DNA from: an uncultured Alphaproteobacteria bacterium
Lineage (GTDB): Bacteria > Pseudomonadota > Alphaproteobacteria > RF32 > CAG-239
Direction of reading: 5' to 3'
NCBI GenBank assembly: GCA_944393215.1
Contig: CALXZL010000002.1
Location: 71,239 to 135,238, forward strand
DNA: 64,000 bases
The notes under the pieces are model-generated. The model was not told the origin of the DNA, did no database searches, and worked only from the letters and a program-made list of their open reading frames with translations. Positions 57,709 through 64,000 of the stretch are shown here, one piece after another. Made by a program: the position numbers and the translations under genes. Every line of letters starts with the position of its first letter. Position 1 is the first letter of the stretch.

Positions 57709-59295
57709 TTAAGATAACATTTCCACCAGTTTTTCGGCACATTTGAGCCCGTCAACAGCGGCAGACATAATTCCGCCGGCATAACCGGCACCTTCACCGC
57801 AAGGAAACAAGCCTTTAATCGAGCTTTGCAAGGTTTCATCTCGATAAATGCGGATCGGAGAAGAACTACGGCTTTCCACACCGGTCATCACGGCGTCATA
57901 AGTGGCAAAGCCGTGCAGTTTTTTATCCATATCCACAATCGCCAAGCGCATGGTTTCAAGGATGTAGGGAGGCAAAACGGAAGCCATGTTTCCGAAAGTT
58001 ACCCCGGGGGTATAGCTAGGTTTGACCGAGCCTGCTTGTTTGGAATCTTTGTTTTTCAAGAAATCACCGACCAGTTGCGCCGGAGCATGATAGTTGCGTC
58101 CTCCGGCAACAAAGGCTTTTTCCTCGAGCTCACGTTGCCAATACATACCTTGCAGTGGATGAGAGCCTCCGAAATCTTGCGGTGTAACCCCGACCAAAAG
58201 CGCGGCATTGGCATTTTCTTTATTGCGGGCATGCACGCTCATCCCGTTAGTCACAACCCTATTCTTCTCGGAAGCTGCGGCAATCACTTCGCCACCGGGA
58301 CACATACAGAAGGTAAAGGCGGAACGACCGTTGGAAGCATGATAAGCCATTTTATAATCAGCGGCGCCAAGCTTAGAAGAAAATTTTCCGTATTGTGAAG
58401 CATTTATAAGATTTTGTTCATGTTCTACACGAACTCCGACCGCAAATGGTTTAGGCTCAATCACAAAGCCTAAGCGATAAAGCATTTCAAAAGTATCACG
58501 CGCACTGTGCCCAATCGCCAAGATAACGGAATCTGTGGCTTGCCCGTAAATATTGCCTTTACCGTCTCGAATTTTCAGTGCCGTAATTTGCTGATTTTTA
58601 ATAATAATATCTTCAAGTTTGTTTTCAAAACGATATTCTCCGCCCAAACTCTCAATTTTGTGGCGGATATTTTGCACCACACGCGCCAAAATATCGGTTC
58701 CGACATGAGGTTTGGCAAGATAAAGAATCTCCTCGGGAGCACCGGCAGAAACCAGCTCTTGCAACACCTTGGCAGTATATTTATCTTTTTTGATACCGCT
58801 CATCAGCTTGCCGTCAGAAAAAGTACCGGCGCCGCCTTCCCCAAATTGGACGTTAGATTCCGGATTAAGCTCACCTCCATGCCAAAAAGCCTGCACATCT
58901 TGTTGACGTTCCGGCACCGGACGACCGCGCTCAAAAATAATCGGTTTTAGTCCGGCTTCGGCCAGCGCAATTCCGGCAAGCATTCCGGCAGGTCCGCTCC
59001 CGATAATCACCGGTCGGAGGGGTGATTTTGCTTTGGGTAGAGCATATTTTTCCGTCTCTTCTATAGCAAATATATCTTTGTTATTACAAGAAGATAAAAA
59101 GCTTTGTTCATCTTTTACTTCAACATCAAAACCATAAACATAATGCACATCAGACTTGCGTCTGGCATCTATGGCTTGTTTGATGATTTTAAAAGACAAC
59201 CATGTCCCCGAATAACCGATTTCTTTTTTAACATATTCGGGCAAATCGGACAAAGAAACCGACAACGGCACTTTGATATTATTGATTCTGAGCAT
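57709..59295 (-). CDS. FAD/NAD-dependent oxidoreductase (COG2509-like)
   Basis: IGSGPAG, NVQFGEGGAGTFSDGKL, FCMCPGG, GEGAGYAGGIMSAAVDG. Confidence 0.9.
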   Translation of the reverse strand: MLRINNIKVPLSVSLSDLPEYVKKEIGYSGTWLSFKIIKQAIDARRKSDVHYVYGFDVEVKDEQSFLSSCNNKDIFAIEETEKYALPKAKSPLRPVIIGSGPAGMLAGIALAEAGLKPIIFERGRPVPERQQDVQAFWHGGELNPESNVQFGEGGAGTFSDGKLMSGIKKDKYTAKVLQELVSAGAPEEILYLAKPHVGTDILARVVQNIRHKIESLGGEYRFENKLEDIIIKNQQITALKIRDGKGNIYGQATDSVILAIGHSARDTFEMLYRLGFVIEPKPFAVGVRVEHEQNLINASQYGKFSSKLGAADYKMAYHASNGRSAFTFCMCPGGEVIAAASEKNRVVTNGMSVHARNKENANAALLVGVTPQDFGGSHPLQGMYWQRELEEKAFVAGGRNYHAPAQLVGDFLKNKDSKQAGSVKPSYTPGVTFGNMASVLPPYILETMRLAIVDMDKKLHGFATYDAVMTGVESRSSSPIRIYRDETLQSSIKGLFPCGEGAGYAGGIMSAAVDGLKCAEKLVEMLS

Positions 59296-59387
59296 GGATA
59301 TATCCTTCTTATGAAAAATTTTATCCGAATATAATCCAATTTTATCGGATATGCCACAAAAAAAAGGCAATAGTTAAAACTATTGCC

Positions 59388-59729
59388 TTAACCGAGCAGC
59401 AGTACAATTAAAAAGATAAGTGCGCTCACGCCCGTCATACCCAGAAAGAACTTCCAACTGGTAAAAGTTTTCCAAGTGAGGTAAATTCCGGCGACCAAAC
59501 AAAAAATACCGCCGCCCCATTCTAGAATAATTCCCAATATTTTAGGAAAAATCCACATCCATGAATCCTGAGAACACATCAGAATGGCATAAATTGACAA
59601 TCCAATAAGCGCCGGAACCCACAGATAATTGCATCTTAATGCACCGAGAGCAACTCCGATAAGCTGCAAATAAAAGGCGAGCATAAAGATGCAATAAATC
59701 AAACATAAAATGACACTAAATATTGCCAT
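59388..59729 (-). CDS. Small hydrophobic membrane protein (113 aa from ATG 59729; 146 aa if started at 59828)
   Basis: About 4 TM segments; terminator at 59359-59388; start ambiguous. Confidence 0.65.
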   Translation of the reverse strand: MAIFSVILCLIYCIFMLAFYLQLIGVALGALRCNYLWVPALIGLSIYAILMCSQDSWMWIFPKILGIILEWGGGIFCLVAGIYLTWKTFTSWKFFLGMTGVSALIFLIVLLLG

Positions 59730-59750
59730 ATTTTTTTGATTTAAAGCGCA

Positions 59751-59834
59751 GTATTGAGGCTGTTCGATAAAAAAATTATCTACCTGTTGCCACACGTGGC
59801 AAAATACCGCATGAAAAATAGCCTCCATAATAAT
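59751..59834 (-). repeat. Conserved leader, copy A
   Basis: 57-nt core 59751-59807 identical to 60132-60187 except A7 vs A6; shared GCCTCCATAATAAT beyond a variable spacer. Confidence 0.9.
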
Positions 59835-59850
59835 TTTTAGTCACAAAGAT

Positions 59851-59879
59851 ATTATAGCATAAAAAAAGAGCCCAAACAA
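59851..59879 (-). promoter_or_regulatory. Putative sigma70 promoter A
   Basis: TTGTTT-17 nt-TATAAT with extended TG. Confidence 0.65.
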
Positions 59880-59888
59880 GGCTCTTTT

Positions 59889-60110
59889 CTAGAAGATACA
59901 GCGGCACACAAGCCAAATAACAATAACAAAAATAAGAACAATACTCCAGCCCAGACCGAGGATGCTGAATATAACCCCCAGCCCTATGCATAACCAATAT
60001 CCAAGAAATGCTAATATGGAAATACAGATTAAGCATAGCCAAAGTTTCCAAAAAACGATCAGCAGAATAAGAGAAATAACCACTGCCGCTAAAATTTCAA
60101 ACCAGCCCAT
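59889..60110 (-). CDS. Very hydrophobic 73-aa membrane protein
   Basis: Almost entirely apolar, about 3 TM segments; followed by a terminator at 59861-59888. Confidence 0.6.
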   Translation of the reverse strand: MGWFEILAAVVISLILLIVFWKLWLCLICISILAFLGYWLCIGLGVIFSILGLGWSIVLIFVIVIWLVCRCIF

Positions 60111-60131
60111 AAGCCAAATTTTTTTAAATAA

Positions 60132-60213
60132 GTATTGAGGCTGTTCGATAAAAAATTATCTACCTGTTGCCACACGTGGCAAAATACAACAAAACAATCG
60201 CCTCCATAATAAT
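60132..60213 (-). repeat. Conserved leader, copy B
   Basis: Direct repeat of 59751-59834. Confidence 0.9.
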
Positions 60214-60228
60214 CATTAATCAGGAGGC

Positions 60229-60257
60229 ATTATAGAAAAAAGGCAAAAATTGGGCAA
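60229..60257 (-). promoter_or_regulatory. Putative sigma70 promoter B
   Basis: TTGCCC-17 nt-TATAAT. Confidence 0.65.
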
Positions 60258-60318
60258 GAAGGAAAATAAAACGCACATAACTTAATATTTTCCGTATTAG
60301 GATGCCATAAAAAGAAAT

Positions 60319-60639
60319 TTAGATTTGCATATTAAATATAGACTGATAAGCCTTTATTGCCGAATCACGAAAGGCAACAACCGTATCCAAAGCCACTTCG
60401 GCATTAGAAACGGCAAGAGCCACATCTTGCACGCTGGCTTTTCCTTGAATCCCGGCAATTGTGACTTGTTCGGCTTGATTCCCCAAATTTTGAGCTTCTT
60501 CGATTTTAGATTTAACCATATCGGAAAAAGAAGAACCTGTCGCTTGTACCGGCGTAGTTTCTTTGGCAGGAGTTTGCGCCCCTATTCTGCTGAGAGCGGC
60601 TTGATAAGCATTGAGAGCACTAGAAATATTACTAATCAC
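60319..60639 (-). CDS. fliE: Flagellar hook-basal body protein FliE
   Basis: SFSDMV, DV.LAV..AE..L....RD.AI.AYQ.I.NMQI; follows flgC. Confidence 0.9.
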   Translation of the reverse strand: MISNISSALNAYQAALSRIGAQTPAKETTPVQATGSSFSDMVKSKIEEAQNLGNQAEQVTIAGIQGKASVQDVALAVSNAEVALDTVVAFRDSAIKAYQSIFNMQI

Positions 60640-60654
60640 GATTATAACTCCTTA

Positions 60655-61065
60655 TCACTTCAAAATATCCAAAACTTTAGAATTCATATCACGCGCTGTC
60701 TGCACCATGGTAAGATTTGCTTCATAGGCACGTTGCGCTTCCTTCATATCCATCATCTCAACCAGCGTATTAACATTAGGCATGGACACATAACCTTGAG
60801 CATCGGCAGCCGGATGATTGGGGGCATATTTCTTAATAAACGGCGACTGATCTTGAATAACCTTGTCCACCTTAACCATTTCGGCACCGGTTTTTTTATC
60901 AATATAATTTTTAAAGGTAACAACCTGACGACGATACGGATCTTCTCCTTCGCGAATACCGACCGATTCGGCATTAGCCATGTTTTCGGAAATGATGCGC
61001 AATCTCTCGCTTTGAGCCTTCATACCGGAAATGGCAATATCGGAAGTAACAGACAAATCACTCAT
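60655..61065 (-). CDS. flgC: Flagellar basal-body rod protein FlgC
   Basis: SGMKAQSERLRIISENMANAES, PYRRQ, HPAAD..GYV.MPNVN..EM. Confidence 0.96.
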   Translation of the reverse strand: MSDLSVTSDIAISGMKAQSERLRIISENMANAESVGIREGEDPYRRQVVTFKNYIDKKTGAEMVKVDKVIQDQSPFIKKYAPNHPAADAQGYVSMPNVNTLVEMMDMKEAQRAYEANLTMVQTARDMNSKVLDILK

Positions 61066-61079
61066 AAAATATCGCTCCG

Positions 61080-61505
61080 TTAAATATTAATCTTGGTGTT
61101 GGCATTCTTAATCATATTCTGATAAGAATTATAAATTGTAATCATACGGTTATACTCACCGCTGGCTTTATTTGCCTGATTAAGCTGATCTTCAATAATC
61201 ACGCCGTTTCCATCAATTGTGAGAGGAGAAGTCGGTTTGGGCGTATAGACCACAAATTCTCCGTCTTCCGTTTTGGTAACGGCATCATCATGAGTAAGAT
61301 GCTTGGCATTGGTTGTCACCATTTCAAGTTTTGGAGTTTGCACCTCTGCCAAAGCATTTTTAAAATCGGGTTCAGCCACTTCTTTGGGTAAATATTTCGG
61401 CGTTGTTGAATTGGCAATATTCTCTGCGGCAACACGCTCTTTTGCCGCTTGATAGCGCATATTCTTTTTAATCAAATCAACAACATGCAGATTATTTAAA
61501 TCCAT
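61080..61505 (-). CDS. flgB: Flagellar basal-body rod protein FlgB
   Basis: AENIANSTTPKY.PKE, T...H, DGNGV. Confidence 0.88.
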   Translation of the reverse strand: MDLNNLHVVDLIKKNMRYQAAKERVAAENIANSTTPKYLPKEVAEPDFKNALAEVQTPKLEMVTTNAKHLTHDDAVTKTEDGEFVVYTPKPTSPLTIDGNGVIIEDQLNQANKASGEYNRMITIYNSYQNMIKNANTKINI

Positions 61506-61550
61506 CTTATTCCCCAAACATTACAATTTTGTATCCCACACAAAACTTAA

Positions 61551-61566
61551 TGCAAAAACCGTGCCT
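61551..61566 (-). promoter_or_regulatory. Sigma54 (-24/-12) promoter of flgBC-fliE
   Basis: Minus strand aGGCACggtttTTGCa with exact GG-N10-GC spacing, 46 nt before the flgB ATG. Confidence 0.8.
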
Positions 61567-61638
61567 TAATTAAAGTTCTTGCCAACTTTTCCCCAAAAGT
61601 TTATACTTTTACAAGAACCTCAAGAAAAGGCAACGCTT

Positions 61639-61962
61639 ATGTCTGAAAAAGATATTAAAGAAAGATTAACAAATAGCAATCAAGAAAACAGCTTGTCCAC
61701 AGATTATGCTGTTGCCTTAGGCTATGAACCGGAAAAAGACAAAGCCCCGAAAGTTTTGGCAAAAGGACAAGGACAAATTGCCAAAAAAATAATTCAAATT
61801 GCCATTGATGAAGGTATTGAAATCCGAAAAGATGCCGATTTATTGCAAATTTTAAAAGCCGTAGATATTGATAGTGAAATTCCAATAGAGGCTTTCTCGG
61901 CAGTGGCAGAAATCATCTCCTACATATACCAACAAAACGGCAAAGAAATTAAGAGAGATTAA
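61639..61962 (+). CDS. FlhB C-terminal-domain-like protein (EscU/YscU/HrcU family, FlhX-type)
   Basis: AVALGY....APKVLAKGQG.IA..II..A...I.I....L...L...D.EIP...AVAEI. Confidence 0.88.
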   Translation: MSEKDIKERLTNSNQENSLSTDYAVALGYEPEKDKAPKVLAKGQGQIAKKIIQIAIDEGIEIRKDADLLQILKAVDIDSEIPIEAFSAVAEIISYIYQQNGKEIKRD

Positions 61963-63182
61963 GCCAATTTTTCCATCACACAAATAAAAAACCCGTCCGT
62001 ACCGGTTGTCAGCGGAGAAAGACGTAAATATTTTTCCGAATGATACGGATATGGTGCCTCAATTTTGCCTTCCCAAAGTTTTTTAATATTCACGGGCTGC
62101 ATGGTCGGATTATTTTGTAAAAACGCAGCAATTATTTCCTCATTTTCTTCATTTAAAATAGAACAGGTAATATAAATAATGCGCCCGCCCACTTTGGTCT
62201 TTTCAAAAGCCGTTTGCAAAATGTCAATTTGAATACGATTAAGTTTGTCGACCATATTCTGATTAAGTCTGAATTTGGCATCGGGAGAACGCCGCCATGT
62301 ACCGGTTCCCGAACAAGGAGCATCCACAACAAAACGGTCAAAATTATTATCAGAAGTTGCCACAAAATCCATCAGCTCAATATTGCTGATATGCAAGCGT
62401 TCCATACGCGGTTTAATTGCCATAAGGCGCTTTTTTTCAATATCATGCGCCATAATATGCCCTTTATTTTGCAAAATATAAGCCATTGCCAAACTTTTAC
62501 CGCCGGCACCGCAGCAATAATCGATAATTTTGTGTTCGGGCTTAACATCACATAAAATCGCGGCAATTTGCGAAGCTTCGTCCTGAACTTCAATTTCACC
62601 TTCTCGATAAGCGATGCAATTTCCGAGCGGAATACGTCGTAAAGAACGAATTCCATAAGGAGAATATGGTGTCGGCAACACTTCAAAACCTTCGGCTTTA
62701 AGTTTTTCCAAAACCCCTTCCCGATTTTTGACATTGATACGAAAATCAGCTTCTGCCGGTTCATTTAAAGATTTAAGTAAGCGCACATCTTGCACTTTTT
62801 TATAAAGCCATTCGGGGGTTTCGGCTTCAACAAACGGCGGATAAACCTCTTCATTATCCTTCTTGAGCCAATCTTTTTCTTCCGATGTCAGAGCAGAAGG
62901 ACAATATTGCAAACCGCTGAAAATCTCCTCAACATTTTCGCCTTTTTGTTTGAGATACGTCAGTAAAATTTTGCGATATTCTTTAGAGCGTGCATCAAAT
63001 TCCAACTTCATCCGATTGCGAATAATCAACCAAACGGTATCGGTTATAAAACGTCTGTCTTTAGAACCTATATATTTTTTAGATTTAAGATACGCCTCAA
63101 TAATTCCGTCCGCCGGTTTAAGATCTTTGAAAATTTCGCTGATGAGTTCCAAAACCGCTTGATAGCGCGCACCGAGCTGCAT
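61959..63182 (-). CDS. RsmB/NOP-family RNA cytosine methyltransferase
   Basis: GSKDRR, QDEASQ, DYCCGAGGK, VDAPCSGTGTWRR.PD, YITCS...ENE, DGFF. Confidence 0.93.
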   Translation of the reverse strand: MQLGARYQAVLELISEIFKDLKPADGIIEAYLKSKKYIGSKDRRFITDTVWLIIRNRMKLEFDARSKEYRKILLTYLKQKGENVEEIFSGLQYCPSALTSEEKDWLKKDNEEVYPPFVEAETPEWLYKKVQDVRLLKSLNEPAEADFRINVKNREGVLEKLKAEGFEVLPTPYSPYGIRSLRRIPLGNCIAYREGEIEVQDEASQIAAILCDVKPEHKIIDYCCGAGGKSLAMAYILQNKGHIMAHDIEKKRLMAIKPRMERLHISNIELMDFVATSDNNFDRFVVDAPCSGTGTWRRSPDAKFRLNQNMVDKLNRIQIDILQTAFEKTKVGGRIIYITCSILNEENEEIIAAFLQNNPTMQPVNIKKLWEGKIEAPYPYHSEKYLRLSPLTTGTDGFFICVMEKLA

Positions 63183-63389
63183 TTATCTGTCTTCCCAAAG
63201 TTCAAAACGCGGTTTACCGTTGGGAAGCGTATCTTCAAACATCGCCAAAGGACGCGCCCAAATTTGGTTTTTGTTTTTAACATTGCAATAAATAACCAAT
63301 TCTTCTTTGGTCTCGGTATGCGTCGCCACTTCCAAAACCATATAGAGATTGCCTTTATAATGCTTATAAATCTGTCCGCGATGTACCAT
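63183..63389 (-). CDS. DUF1653-family protein
   Basis: YKHYKG..Y.V..VA.HTET.E.LV.Y...W.RP..MF...RF. Confidence 0.9.
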   Translation of the reverse strand: MVHRGQIYKHYKGNLYMVLEVATHTETKEELVIYCNVKNKNQIWARPLAMFEDTLPNGKPRFELWEDR

Positions 63390-63394
63390 AATTA

Positions 63395-64000
63395 TCACTC
63401 CTTTGCATCTTTTTTGAAACCGATAGCCACCAAATATTCCTCAGGTGAGCCCTGACGACTGGCATCCGGTTTGGCATGAGCCACTTTTCTGAAACGCTTT
63501 TTAATATCATTAAGCAGAGCAGATTCTGCACCGCCTTTAAATACTTTGGCAATAAATATACCGTTTTCTGCCAAAACCTCTTTGGCAAATTCATAAGCAA
63601 TTTCCACCAATGCAATCGTGCGTAAATGGTCTGTTTGTTGGTGCCCGGTCGTGTTGGCTGCCATATCGCTCATCACGATATCAGCCTCGCCGTTCAATAG
63701 TTCTTTGAGTTTATCGGCGGCTTCAGGCTCAGTAAAATCTTGGCAAATAAGGGTTGCACCGTTAATCGGTTCGGCTTCCAAAATATCAATACCGACAACT
63801 TTTCCTGTTCCCTTATTACGTTCTACTGCCACTTGTGTCCACCCGCCGGGCGCACAACCTAAATCGACAATGGTTTTGCCTTTACCCAAGAAATGAAATT
63901 TTTCATCAAGCTGAATCAGCTTAAATGCAGCACGAGAACGATAGCCCAAACGCTTAGATTCGGCAACATATGGATCATTAAGTTGACGTGCCAACCACCG
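63395..64000 (-). CDS. rlmE: 23S rRNA Um2552 methyltransferase (5' end truncated by the window edge)
   Basis: RQLNDPYV, GYRSRAAFKL, VDLGCAPGGW, SDMA, KP.ASR..S.E.Y. Confidence 0.95.
   Translation of the reverse strand, partial: RWLARQLNDPYVAESKRLGYRSRAAFKLIQLDEKFHFLGKGKTIVDLGCAPGGWTQVAVERNKGTGKVVGIDILEAEPINGATLICQDFTEPEAADKLKELLNGEADIVMSDMAANTTGHQQTDHLRTIALVEIAYEFAKEVLAENGIFIAKVFKGGAESALLNDIKKRFRKVAHAKPDASRQGSPEEYLVAIGFKKDAKE

Noticed and set aside
1-64000. CRISPR array or cas genes
   Set aside because: No run of equal-length repeats with unique spacers and no Cas-like ORF; the repeats found occur only in pairs

Overview
AT-rich, gene-dense chromosomal segment of an alphaproteobacterium. 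The assignment rests on gene order: tRNA-Leu-tig...clpP-clpX, lpxA-lpxI-lpxB, hydrolase/cysE, rpiB-glyA, and a sigma54 site before flgBC-fliE. A host- or gut-associated, genome-reduced Rhodospirillales/RF32-like lineage is my inference only. Most genes are housekeeping (cysE, mnmA, glmM, fmt, def, nusB, nrdR, murF, glyA, rpiB, clpXP, tig, prfC, comEC, lpxAIB, nagAB, ugd, flgBC-fliE, rlmE), plus four tRNAs (Cys, Asn, Leu, Met). Accessory content includes two surface-modification cassettes, eptA, an AIDA-like autotransporter, a three-gene phage tail-fibre module and two orphan ORFs with toxin/enzyme motifs (HExxH; ADP-ribosyltransferase-like). The most unusual signals are non-coding. (1) Behind both tRNA-Asn and tRNA-Met lie structured elements built from inverted and direct copies of that tRNA's own T-arm and 3' end. 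(2) A duplicated, structured 5' leader sits exactly 22 nt upstream of two dissimilar small hydrophobic genes. (3) An unannotated ~125-nt multi-stem ncRNA candidate follows the tRNA-Met element. (4) Two tandem terminators lie directly in front of the tail-fibre RBS. (5) There are two palindromic MITE-like elements. No CRISPR array, rRNA, integrase or transposase was seen. All calls come from reading the sequence; no searches were run.
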